A stretch of DNA of 63,337 bases, counting the filler, from Octopus bimaculoides (taxonomy: Eukaryota): assembly GCF_001194135.2 (NCBI RefSeq). It is 5 parts of 5 records of this genome, joined end to end, with 100 filler letters (N's around TTAATTAATTAA, not from the genome) between each part and the next. Parts side by side here need not be neighbours in the genome. Positions count along the whole stretch, not along the records: positions 1 to 28,867 come from NC_068994.1; 4 more parts are not named here. The stretch is one strand, 5' to 3'. Shown in pieces: positions 1-11,425 of this stretch; positions within the stretch are counted from its first letter, which is position 1; each line of letters starts with the position of its first letter. A program made the position numbers and the translations under genes. Below the pieces are notes generated by a model, which was not told the origin of the DNA, made no database searches, and worked only from the letters and a program-made list of their open reading frames with translations.

Positions 1-192
1 TCGTGCGGGTGACACGTAAAAGCACCCACTACACTCTCTGAGTGGTTGGCGTTAGGAAGAGCATCCAGCTGTAGAAACTCTGCCAAATTAGATTGGAGCC
101 TGGTGTTGCCATCCGGTTTCACCAGTCCTCAGTCAAATCGTCCAACCCATGCTAGCATGGAAAGCGGACGTTAAACGATGATGATGATGATG
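1..192 (+). mobile_element. 3' end of an RTE-type retroelement or RTE-tailed SINE with (GAT)n tail
   Basis: Ends ...caacccatgctagcatggaaagcggacgttaaac(gat)n, shared with four other copies in the window. Confidence 0.8.
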
Positions 193-474
193 AGGAGGAG
201 GAGGAGGAGGAAGTATATTAGAGTAAAGGGCGAAATGTTTTAGCATTTGGAAAGCAAAAGAATAGTAAATTAATAAGTCATATAAGAAGATAAAGGAAGG
301 AGGTCAAAACATAAAGTAGGTTAAATTTAATGATAGCAAGCGTAGCGGGACGATGATGAGAAAGATATCAAAAGGATCGGCGACCATAAAAACTAACATA
401 AATCTCAATAGATTACTTAGAAGTTTTATTTATTTTTGGCTTGTTACCATCCTAGATAGAAATCATATTATCAT

Positions 475-540
475 CTCAGTCAAATCGTCCAACCCATGCT
501 AGCATGGAAAGCGGACGTTAAACGATGATGATGATGATGA
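475..540 (+). mobile_element. Extremely 5'-truncated copy of the RTE-tail element
   Basis: About 65 bp identical to the 3' end of the copy at 1-192. Confidence 0.8.
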
Positions 541-599
541 TTATTATTACCCTGCATGTATAAGCAAAAGCAGGGTATTGTAGTCGCTCATCTTTGTCT

Positions 600-790
600 G
601 TCTGTGTTTTTGCAAAATTACTGGAAAACGGTCAGACGGATTTTTTGGACTTTTCCCTTTCTCCTTACTGATGAAGAGCTATGCCCGAAATGTCAAACTC
701 TCTTTTCACCGAGCGTCAAGCTAATACACTTCACGTGCACATCCTCCTGTTGTCCCTTAATGTAAGTTGTTTATTTGAATTGACTATATA
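600..790 (+). mobile_element. Penelope-like terminal fragment with a degenerate hammerhead motif
   Basis: CTGATGA-A-GAGC-TAT-GCCC-GAAATGTC at 668-694. Downstream ccgagcgtcaagctaataca resembles the copy near 16700. Confidence 0.55.
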
Positions 791-792
791 TC

Positions 793-938
793 TCTTTTAA
801 TTGTTTCAGTCATTTGACTGCGGCCATGCTGGAGCAGCGCCTTTAGTCGAGCAAATCGACCCCAGGACTTATTCTTTGCAAGCCTAGTACTTATTCTATC
901 GGTCTCTTTTGCTGAACCGCTAAGTTACGGGGACATAA

Positions 939-975
<37 letters not shown>

Positions 976-1256
976 CACATACATACATATATATGTATAT
1001 ATACATATATATATACATACACACACACACATATACATGTATATATATGTATATATATACATATACACACACACATATATACGTATATATATNNNNNNNN
1101 NNNNNNNNNNNNNNNNNNNNNNNNNNNNNNNNNNNNNNNNNNNNNNNNNNNNNNNNNNNNNNNNNNNNNNNNNNNNNNNNNNNNNNNNNNNNNNNNNNNN
1201 NNNNNNNNNNNNNNNNNNNNNNNNNNNNNNNNNNNNNNNNNNNNNNNNNNNNNNNN

Positions 1257-1301
<45 letters not shown>

Positions 1302-1474
1302 TATATGATAGGCTTCTTTTAGTTTCCATCTACAAAATCTACTCACAAAGCATTGATCAGTCTGATTGATGCTATGGTAGAAGACACTTGCCCAAGGTGC
1401 CACTCAGTGAATCTGAACCTGTAACAATGTGGTTAGGAAACAAACTTCAAACCACACAGCCACTTCTGCACCTT
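793..1474 (-). mobile_element. tRNA-derived SINE, family A (CORE-like; probably OR1/OR2-type octopus SINE), split by (CA/TA)n and a gap
   Basis: Reverse complement of the near-intact copy at 56771-57183. Confidence 0.85.
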
Positions 1475-2095
1475 CAACAAGAAATGTTAAATACCAACTG
1501 ACAAACATTTAATTGTGATGTGTGTGTGTGTGTGTGTGTGCGCGTGCGTGTGTGTGTTTGTGTTCTTATTGCTATTGATGTTCATTCATTTTGCGTGCTA
1601 AGGTATTTCTGTGTCCATTTGTAAATGTGAGTATGAAAAACTATGAGTTGTGTATGATCATTAGTGGATTATGTGAAACATTAGTGCTTAGGCGTCACTC
1701 AGAGAATAAACAATGATTTCAGAAACAGTATGTAAGTAAATATTGAATTACTTTTCTAAATACTCAAAACATTCTTCCAAATATTGGATTACCGAATGAA
1801 ACAGTACATACAATCCTAGAAACGACAATAACAACACTAGTAATCATTATAATTTCTAACATAGACAGAAAACCAGAAATTTGTGTGGTAGGGAAACAGT
1901 TTACTATGTTGATTCTAGTAACTGGTTGGTACTATATTTCATTGATTCCCCCCACCCCAAAAAAAAAGATGAAAGGTGAAGTTGATCTTAGAATGCAAAG
2001 AGCCAAAACAAACTATGAAAGACATTTTCTTTGATGCTCTCATCAATCTATCAATTCACCACCCTAAAATGCTGTAGTGTTTCAGCTAATCCATA

Positions 2096-2130
<35 letters not shown>

Positions 2131-2136
<6 letters not shown>

Positions 2137-2328
2137 CCTTTCTACTAAAGGCACAAGGCCTGAAATTTTGGGGAAGGGGGGCTGGTCAATTACATCGACG
2201 CCAGTACTCAACTGGTACTTATTTTATCGACCCTGAAAGGATGAAAGGCAAAGTTGACCTCAGTGGAATTTGAAATCAGAACTTGTTAAGCATTTTGCCC
2301 AGCATGCTAATGATTCTGCCAGCTTGCC
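2131..2328 (-). mobile_element. tRNA-derived SINE, family B, with (ATT)n tail
   Basis: Reverse complement of the gagttcaaattcc/gtcgactttgcctttcatcctttcggggtcgataaaataagtaccag family. Confidence 0.8.
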
Positions 2329-2359
2329 AACCTAACAACAACAACAACAACAATAATAA

Positions 2360-2470
2360 TAATTGTGTGCATATCGAACTAGGTGGCTTACAGAGATACC
2401 TATCGCAAAATAAGGGAACTTTGCTAGTGTCAGTTAGGGATGACGGAGTATCAAACTCCATGATCACATG
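2360..2470 (+). mobile_element. Possible internal fragment of an R4/Dong-like retroelement ORF
   Basis: CVHIELGGLQRYLSQNKGTLLVSVRDDGV resembles the post-RT CVxxE...L..Y.....LL..V region and begins right after an (AAC)n(AAT)n tract. Confidence 0.4.
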
Positions 2471-3105
2471 ACTGGGAAGCGGGCTTCTCAACTATGCAGC
2501 TAAGACTCTTCCTATGACAGCCACGCCTACAGCTATACACATCTGCTTTCCATGCTGGCATAGGCTGGATGGTTTTGTTTTGGAGCTGGCTTGCTTTATT
2601 GGTGCTTCTGGAGAGATTACAATTTTTTCTTTGGTGGCATATTCTTTTCCAATATTTTAAAATCTTGCTTCTATTTATTATCCCCAACCTTATTACATTT
2701 TGAAATTGAATCAGGAAATATCTCTAAGCTACTTGAGTGAAGGAAATAACAAACTAATGGACTGCTTAGTCTTATTTATAAACAACTTCCGGAATTAACA
2801 AAAAATCTTAATTCAAAACAGATTTTCCTTAATGTCTGGTAGATTTTGGTAACTCTTCCTCTCTTTCTTTCTTTCTTTCTTTTTAAAATATCTTTTTACC
2901 TTAAATTACTAGGGTGTTTTGTATATATAAATGACAAGCTGGAACAGGTATGAGGAAAAGGAAATTTTTGTATAGATATCATCAGTATCAACATCATCAG
3001 CTTAACATTCACTTTTCCATGCTTGCATGGATCAGACAAAATTTGTTGAGGGAGATTTTCTAAAGTCGGATGCACTTCTTCTTGCCAACCATTTTTTTTT
3101 TTAAA

Positions 3106-3537
3106 GCCTGGTACTTGCTGTATTGGTCTCTTTTTGTTGAATCGCTAATTTATAGAAACATAAACACACCAAGTCCAATTGTCAAGCTGGGGTTGCTCTG
3201 TTACTCTGTTACTTGTTTCAGTCATTTGACTGCGGCCATGCTGGAGCACTGCCTTTAGTCGAGAAAATCGACCCCAGGACTTATTCTTTGTAAGTCTAGT
3301 ACTTATTCTATTGGTCTCTTTTTGCCGAACCGCTAAGTTACGGGGATGTAAACACACCAGCATCGGTTGTCAAGCGATGGTGGGGGGACAAACACAGACA
3401 CACAAGCACACATACACATATATACGACGGGCTTCTTTCAGTTTCTGTCTACCAAATCCACTCACAAGGCTTTGGTCGGCCCGATGCTATTGTAGAAGAC
3501 ACTTGCCCAAGGTGCCACACAGAAGGACTGAACCCGG
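3106..3537 (-). mobile_element. SINE family A (one young copy at 3209-3537 plus a partial copy at 3106-3185)
   Basis: Direct similarity to 56771-57183 in reverse orientation. Confidence 0.85.
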
Positions 3538-3681
3538 GTGATGATAAATAGAACACAAACATGTCCATAACCAAATATGTTTGTATAGGAGACTAGAAAT
3601 GAGGAACACCGCTTGTAAGACAGTGACATGATCATTTATGACTATTGTCATCATTAATGAAATAGAGAGAGTAATAATATG

Positions 3682-4030
3682 TAATAATAATAATAATAAT
3701 AACAACAATGAACTTATTGTATACAGCGCTCAGGTGCACTACAACTCATTAGAAAAAGTAACCAAAACTGTATGAATAGTACATAGAATAATGCACAGGA
3801 AGGGAACAGTGAATAAGTTTGTTTTCTTGATTTTGTAAGCATGTCCATGAGTATTAGCCATATGGAATTAAAAAAAGGTGTCCAAAGTTGTTGTTGGAAA
3901 GATCATAGATAATCTTGTGGGTGTCAGCCAAGTCAGTTGCCAGAAGTCAGAGCCTTAATGTATCCCTACCCAGGGAAGCAAGATGTTCAGAGTATGATCG
4001 ATGCTTGACAGCATTTCTGAACATTTTCCT
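3682..4030 (-). mobile_element. Degenerate 3' end of a CR1/L2-like LINE with (AAT)n tail
   Basis: Minus frame KHRSYSEHLASLGRDTLRL*LLATDLADTHKIIYDLS...THGHAYKIKK matches the YxERLxxLxLxTLxxRRxxxDLxxxxKI...RGH C-terminal pattern. Confidence 0.7.
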
Positions 4031-4137
4031 GGAGAAAACATTTTCCTGCATAAAACTTTAAAAAATCTTCAATAAATAAAGATTAATCAATCTACTTTAG
4101 TAAGTAAACATTATGTAGCAGTTTGGGTAAGGACTTT

Positions 4138-4460
4138 GGTCATGAATGACCATGGGATTGCACCTAGAAAATTCCCCTCCAAGGCACAAGTCCAGGCAAG
4201 GTTGTGTATGGAAGACTAGAAGTTACCCATGCATACCAAGCTCCCCTCTCCACACCACCGATGTCATCCAAGGGAAAGGCAAAGGCTGATACAGCTTGGC
4301 ACCTGTGATGTCACAACTCATTTCTACAGTTGAGTGAACTGAAGCAATGTGAAATAAAGTGCCTTGCTCAAGAATACAACACACAGCCCAGTCTAGGAAT
4401 CGAACTCTCTACCTCATGATTGTGAGTCCAATGCTCTAACCACTGAGCCATAAACCTTCA
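4138..4460 (-). mobile_element. tRNA-derived SINE with A/B boxes and a cttgagcaaggcactt core
   Basis: Minus head tggctcagtggttagagc...gagttcgattcc. Confidence 0.75.
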
Positions 4461-4495
4461 CATGTAGTAGTGTATTTTCTTATTCATAAATTTAA

Positions 4496-6105
4496 CTAGC
4501 AGAGATACCCAGCATTGCTCAGGATTAAAATGGTGCAGTTTGTATGTATATCTTTCCTTTCCTGAGCGTCCAATAATACTATCCATATCACGTCCTCACC
4601 TTGTTGTTTTTTTGTTTTTTTGTTATTGTGTTTTNNNNNNNNNNCAGGAAAGTGCAGCATTGGCGACAAAACATTTGTGGAGTAAATGTTAAAGCTTTGC
4701 ATAAATGGCAAGTTGAGTTTAGCACACCAGCTTGTAAAAAATTATCATTTTATAAGAATGGGATGGATCATATCTGAAAGCAGCTCCAGGTACTGTGAAG
4801 AATGAATTTGTATGTGATCTGTTTCTGAGAGCTGTTCTGTTGGACCTCTGTGTAATCTGGCATACTAAACATTGTTTTAAAGATTCAGCATTAAGTGCTG
4901 CAGCATGCCTTTGCTGATCTTGGAGAAACCTCATCTCTCTTCTCTCTTGAGACTCAATTTGACGTGCTACAGCATTCGTTTGCTGATCTCAAGAAAGTCT
5001 CCTCTCCCTTCTGTCTTGAGACTGTATTTAACATGCTGCAGCATGCGTTTGGTGATCTTTTGAAAGTGTCATGTCCCTTCTGTATTGAGACTCCATCTGA
5101 CATGTTGCAGCATCATGCCTTTGCTGACGTTGAGAAAGTCTCATGTCCCTTATCTTTTGAGACTGTCACCTTCGGTTTTCTGCACTCCTCCTTGCCTTAT
5201 TGGTGTTTCTGGAGAGATTACATTTTTTCTTTGGTGGCATATTCTTTTCCAATATTTTAAACCGAAATTACATACATAGAAAAAAAAAAAAATTCATTAA
5301 TATCTATTTTTGTAAGCAGTTGTATGTATGTAGTATGTATATATTTTTGTATGCAGTGTAAAGTAACCAAACATAAGCAAATTGTAAATACCTTGCAACT
5401 GCTGCAATAATTATGAACTGTTAATGGAACGGTAGATGTGTACTTTCATATAACTTGGACCTTCCACAAAATTGATTTTTGTCAAGAGTTTGTGTAGATG
5501 TATGTGTGTGTTTAATAATGTAGGTAACGGGCATGCAAACATAAACACACTCACAGATACATACACATTCATATACAAAATGTGATGATATACACACATA
5601 CACTCTCACAGACAGACACATACATGTAGTAAGAGAGACACCTACAGACATACATTCATGCATGTCAGTCATCATATGTGTATATGTATGTGTAGGTGTT
5701 TGTGTGTGTTTAATAGCATACCTAACACGGAAACACACATAGTCAGAGAGACATACACACTCATACACTCAGTGACACATACGCACTCATATATGTGATG
5801 TCGGCATGGTTTGAAATGTCCTTTACTATCTCATATGCATCGAATTTGCAAACACACACAATCATGAAAGAATAAAAGTGAAACAATATTACACAGCAGT
5901 TTTCGCTAGAGTGAGAAATGTAAATAGTATATTTAAATAGATAGAGTACTTTTTTCATAGTCAGTTTTTCACATTACATGGGAGCTCTAGGCAAAATGTT
6001 ATAGTGCATGACCATCCATGACTCATAAGTAATGTGTGTGTAAAGTTTGATGAAAATTGGTTGAAAACTGTAGAAATGCATATGTAACACACACACAGAC
6101 ATGGT
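4496..6105 (-). mobile_element. Internally deleted, decayed Helitron keeping the RepHel N-terminus
   Basis: 3' terminus: hairpin cctgagcaatgctggg then CTAG|T at 4496. Minus ATG at 5240 (MPPKKKCNLSR), four 69-bp/23-aa ES-repeat units (about 4890-5170), AAFRYDPS and CxxC..CC remnants. The 5' TC terminus was not found. Confidence 0.8.
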
Positions 6106-6480
6106 TATGTGGTAAGCCTGAAATTTTATGGTATTCTAGGAAATTACATTAAACTATGTAATAGATGATATAGAGTAAGTGGTACGACTTCCCTCACTTC
6201 CCTCGTCATTGATTCATTTCCTTGACCCAGTTTTTAGTCCTGATTGTTAACCACTTGTATTTCTACTTCCACAGCACTAAAGGCTTGAAAAAAAAACACC
6301 AAACAAGTGGCATAATAAAAATTTTCTCACAAAATATTTTCCCTTATAAATCTGTGTCCTTGAAGCTACAGAAAAATCAAATTCAAAATTACACTATACA
6401 ATTTATGCGAATAAGTGTTAGTTGAGTAAGGAAAGCAGACATGAACCTATTTCTACTTATCAATCAAGTCATTTATATAA

Positions 6481-6730
6481 TATTATCATTATTATTATTA
6501 TTATTATCATTATTTTGGTTTGGCTCAAGTGCAGTCTTATTCCTGGTAGATTTATGTGGGTAGCAGGTTACTATCTGTAACCTTAGGTATCCACAAGTTT
6601 TCAGCAGTCTTTCAAATACTTAGAATCTTCCTGATAATCCTTGCTGTCCCTAAGAGGCAAACTTTCTGTAGGAGCTCTATCGGGCATCCTATTTCAATCT
6701 CCTTCAGCCATTTGGAAAATGTTTAGCCAA
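6481..6730 (-). mobile_element. 3' end of an R4/Dong-like restriction-endonuclease retroelement with (AAT)n tail
   Basis: FSKWLKEIEIGCPIELLQKVCLLGTARIIRKILSI* (stop at 6612-6614), about 100-bp 3' UTR, then (AAT)n. Confidence 0.8.
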
Positions 6731-8454
6731 TACCAAATAAAACAATTTTGGTATATTAGAAATTACTTGTTTTCCAAAGGGAATCATATAACATTCAATA
6801 CAGCTAGAGCTATATATGTTATTCAAGTATGTATTTTTATTCCTAGAAATACATAGATACCTCTAGCTATACTGAACTAGCTATTCCCCCCACTCAAGAG
6901 ACCCTAGTCTCTTATTCCACACTTGTTTTAGTGACAGTTTAATCCCTTCATCATGCAGCCAGGCCTTGAAATAGCAGTGAACCAAAATTCCAGCAGACAT
7001 TTTCTTTCCTTTTAGTAATCTTTCACTCTTAAATATTACCATCAACTTAAACTTAGTTCTGTTTTCTGTAAACACACAAACTACAGTATATGTGCTTTCA
7101 TGACTGTGTGGTCTTTACATGAAAAGTCTTTCTTTCTTTGATATCAACTGTACAGTTTCAACAAGATCAAAACAAAAAGTTTCACTCATATTTTCCTTCT
7201 AAGCTACAAAGCATGATGTTTTCTTTGCCCCAAAATGAAGACATGAAACAAATTTACCTTATCTACTCAGTCACATTGTACTTTCTAAGAATTCTTTGTT
7301 TTCTATTGTAGGCAGTTCATTTCTCACTATAAGTACATTCATCAGAAACTTCAATTAATAGAGTGAGATATCTTGGTTGACTTAACTATAACAAAGTTAC
7401 AATGTAAACTAACATTTTTTCCCCTACATCTATAGATATAGAACATGCTTGCTTGTATATGAACTTTCATGTTTTTGACATTTCATTAAGACTTCTTACT
7501 TGGTTCAAATTCTGAAAAATTTCTCTGACACAGAAAATTCCTTCTCAGCAGCTCTTTACCATTAATGTCTATAAATTCCATAACTTTTAAGTTTGAAAAC
7601 ATCAATAGAGGGTTAGCATTTCCTCTTAAGAGCATTAGTAGCCATTATGACAATATTTGATAGAGGGTAAAATTACACCCTCTTACACCTATTTCTTTAA
7701 CATATTTACAGCCTGATAAACAGACCCTTATAAAATAACAGTCTAACACAATTTTTGTCCTTGCGTAGCAACTGTTATTTCCTATTTGCTTACCCCTAGA
7801 AAGTATGAAAAATGGCTAATATTTCCTTCAAATTTTGCTTTTCTTACATTTATTCAAACCTCAAAGAACCCCTCTCAACACATGGCTATGATGTTTCCCT
7901 ACTACTCCTGCTTGTGATCAGAGATGCACATATTGTCAGCCACTAAGGGACATGCTCAAGTGATTAAGGTCAAGCAACTGACAAGCAAATCTGTGGTATG
8001 GAGCAGAATATTTGCTACAATGATATTTCTGCTTCAGCAACTCAGTGCAGAATTTGCTTGAAATGTAATAAAAAATAAGTCAGTTTCAAAACATTGATGT
8101 CCAGGTCACAAAAACAAAGTTTGAAGGGAATAGTAGTCATTTCCTTTGATTTCGAGATAGAAGCAAATAAGATATAACACTTACTGACTGAAGACAAAAT
8201 AAATAGATAAATAAATAAATAAATGAAAATTTTGTTACGCAGCGTTATTTTTGTTTCTTCTCTCTCTTGACATTCACTCTTTCCACATTTTCCCTATTTC
8301 TGTAACCCCGTTTGCTACAAATTTTACTATCACCCACCTTCATCAACTATCTTTGTTTAAACTATCACCATCAACTCTCTACCTATGTTGTTCAATATAT
8401 CAACCAACCGACTGATCTCTTCTCTAACATGTTTATATATAAAAATAAATGCGC

Positions 8455-8697
8455 CCTTTTAAAGCCTAGCCAGACTTATGGGCCTGGTTTCCCGGTTTCT
8501 ATGGCATATATGATCCCCAGATGGACGGGACGCCAGTCCATTGCAACATTACTCATTTTTGCCAGCTGAGCGGACTGGCGCAACGTGAAATGAAGTGTTT
8601 TGCTCAAGAACACAACGCGTCGCCCGGTCCAGGAATCGAAACTACAATCTTACGATCATGATGCTGACACCCTAACCACTAAGCCACGCGCCTCCAC
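8455..8697 (-). mobile_element. tRNA-derived SINE with a V-domain-like core
   Basis: Minus head gtggcttagtggttagggtg...gtttcgattcc and core ggactggcgtcccgtccat. Confidence 0.7.
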
Positions 8698-8887
8698 TAA
8701 CATGCTTATATACAGTTAGCAAAACTCAACACAATAGATCTAGCGTAACATTTTCTGGCTTAGATTTCATACACTGAAATCTAATCTAGTAAATCACTTT
8801 TTCAAAATAGCTGCACCTATGCATTATGCACTCACATGTTTTGGTATTCATAATAGCAGCTGATTTTAGTAATGATGAGATTTCTTG

Positions 8888-8965
8888 CAGTCCTCAGTCA
8901 AATCGTCCAACCCATGCTAGCATGGAAAGCGGACGTTAAACGATGATGATGATGATGATGATGAT
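8888..8965 (+). mobile_element. 5'-truncated RTE-tail copy
   Basis: Identical to the 3' part of the copy at 1-192. Confidence 0.8.
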
Positions 8966-10254
8966 TTAAGTTGCAGCTCTGATATAATTTGTATTTTAGC
9001 TACATAAAAAAAAAAAATAAAATAAAAAGTTTAAAAGTAAATATGGCATATTGACTGAGTCCCATAAACTGTAGGATTGCAGGAACACCACTAAAAATTA
9101 TCTTTGTGAAGTCAATCTGATGTAAAGCCTACTTCGTGCAAACTATACTTGTAGCAGGGAATTCAATGAGCTGAGCATGCAATGAAGCATTGTTACTTTG
9201 GTCATGTTACCATTGCTTACTAGAGTCAGTTCTGCCACCCTGTGTAGTTCATGTTCATAGTTAGACTAAGCATCCTTTGGCTGGGAGTCTAAAATGCAAC
9301 TTACTGGAGACCAGTGGTTCATAACATATTATTGCTTGGTGCTCCTTTACACCAAATGATTCGTCTTTCACAAATTTTGAAAAAAAAAACAGTAGATAGA
9401 TTTTATCAAACAGAAACTAATTTTGTTTGTCCATTGTTAAATTATTTATGGAAATTACTAAAGAAGGAAAGACTTATATAACAAAATTATATTCGATCAT
9501 GGTACATTGTCAGTTATGTTGTCAACTCAATAATAAAATGTCCTATTCATATCATAATCCTACAAAACTTCTTTTTTTTTTGAGAATGTGTTTAAAATGC
9601 TAGTATTGTACCTGTTTTAAATGCTTTAAAGCAAANNNNNNNNNNNNNNNNNNNNNNNNNNNNNNNNNNNNNNNNNNNNNNNNNNNNNNNNNNNNNNNNN
9701 NNNNNNNNNNNNNNNNNNNNNNNNNNNNNNNNNNNNNNNNNNNNNNNNNNNNNNNNNNNNNNNNNNNNNNNNNNNNNNNNNNNNNNNNNNNNNNNNNNNN
9801 NNNNNNNNNNTATATATACAATGAGTGTCTTTCAGTCTCCATTGAGCAGATCCACTCAAAAGGCTTTGGTTGGCTCAGAGCCACAGCAAAAGACACATGC
9901 ACATGATGTCACGCAATGGGATTGAACCTAGAGCCATATGGTTGGGAAGCAATTTTCTTACCATGCAGCCACAGTTGCACCTCTACACATGTAAGTTATT
10001 TATAAAACAGAACCAGTCATAAAAACTTCATGCTTGTTGGGAATACTATTACAACACTGCGAGTGTTAATTAGGCAATAAATATATAAAGTTGTTATTCT
10101 TGTTAAATAAATCAGTGCAAGTAATACATGTTATATCATTTGATATGGGTGGATATTACATTGATGTGTAACACATCGTGTTCATTCCTGGTGAATTTGA
10201 TAGTTTGTTTTAATGATCAAAGTACTTATAGTTACGGCTCTCTCAGAGGTGGCA

Positions 10255-10580
10255 TCATCATCACCATCAACATCACCACCATCAGTACCACCACAACCAT
10301 CACCACCACCACCATCACCACCACCACCACCATTCTAATCCCTACCAGCACCACCATTGTCACCACCACCACCACCACCACCATTATAATCACTACCAGC
10401 ACCACCATTGTCACTACCACCACCACCACCACCACCGCTACTATTATCACTGCTGTGATCAGTACTACTACTGCTGTCCCATAGCACCACTGCTACCACC
10501 ACTGCCACCAAAAACATCAACCACCACCATCACTATGACCATTCCTATTACTACCATCAACAAAGACACTCATGCTAGGA
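10255..10580. repeat. Compound (CAC/CAT/ACT)n trinucleotide tract
   Basis: Visible triplet repeats; the poly-Thr and poly-Val ORFs here are artefacts. Confidence 0.9.
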
Positions 10581-10727
10581 TTACCACAACACCTCCGCCA
10601 TCCCTACCACGGCTGTTATGGCAACAACTCATGAAAGGAAGTAGAAAAAAACAAAAACAAACAAGAACAACATGCAACAACAAACATTTTTTTAAAAAAG
10701 CACTGTATGCTTCATAATAAGACTTAC

Positions 10728-10806
10728 CACTTTAGAATGTGAGAGAAGTTGCAAGACGCCAGGTGTAACACGAGCCCAGAAGTCCATTACGTTGTCCGAT
10801 GCAGTT
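10728..10806 (-). CDS. unc-79: UNC79 exon, 3' part only (…TASDNVMDFWARVTPGVLQLLSHSKV); its 5' part lies in the N gap
   Basis: gtaagt donor after GTG. FWxRVTPxxLQL motif. The frame runs into the gap at 10807. Confidence 0.93.
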
Positions 10807-11005
10807 NNNNNNNNNNNNNNNNNNNNNNNNNNNNNNNNNNNNNNNNNNNNNNNNNNNNNNNNNNNNNNNNNNNNNNNNNNNNNNNNNNNNNNNNNNNNNN
10901 NNNNNNNNNNNNNNNNNNNNNNNNNNNNNNNNNNNNNNNNNNNNNNNNNNNNNNNNNNNNNNNNNNNNNNNNNNNNNNNNNNNNNNNNNNNNNNNNNNNN
11001 NNNNN

Positions 11006-11048
<43 letters not shown>

Positions 11049-11274
11049 CAGGGTATGGACAGTATTTGAGGAGAGATTTATGGTTTTAAAAAAAGCTTAT
11101 ATAATAAGAGAAAAAAACTGTATTTTTATAAAAATAACATAAACATAAAGCTAAATTATCAGTTTAATAATTTCATTCCATAAAAATCACCATAAGCATC
11201 AATAACTGCCTCTATGTGGGGTCGAAATCGTTTACAAGCCCCGATTAAGGGGTCCTATATATGTTGATTATATT

Positions 11275-11425
11275 GACCCCAGTACTCAACTGGTACTTAT
11301 TTCATCGAGCTTGAAAGGATGCAAGGTGAAGTTGACCTTGGTAGAATTTGAACTCCGAACATACAGATGGATAAATTGCCGCTAAGCATTTGTCCAGTGT
11401 GCTAATGATTCTGCCAGCTCATCAA
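11275..11425 (-). mobile_element. SINE family B, partial
   Basis: gaccccagtactcaactggtacttatttcatcg...gattctgccagctc. Confidence 0.75.

Noticed and set aside
1752-1815. Minus-strand segment with AG/GT borders encoding LYVLFHSVIQYLEECFEYLE
   Set aside because: Does not match the expected UNC79 tail and has no partner exon; such borders arise often by chance.
4895-5260. Plus-strand 121-aa ORF with MLQHAFADL repeats as a novel repeat protein
   Set aside because: It is the antisense reading of the Helitron 23-residue repeats; the minus strand carries the recognisable motifs.
9600-9635. FALKHLKQVQY* next to a gap as the UNC79 terminus
   Set aside because: Only vague similarity, and the stop comes before the expected conserved terminal residues.
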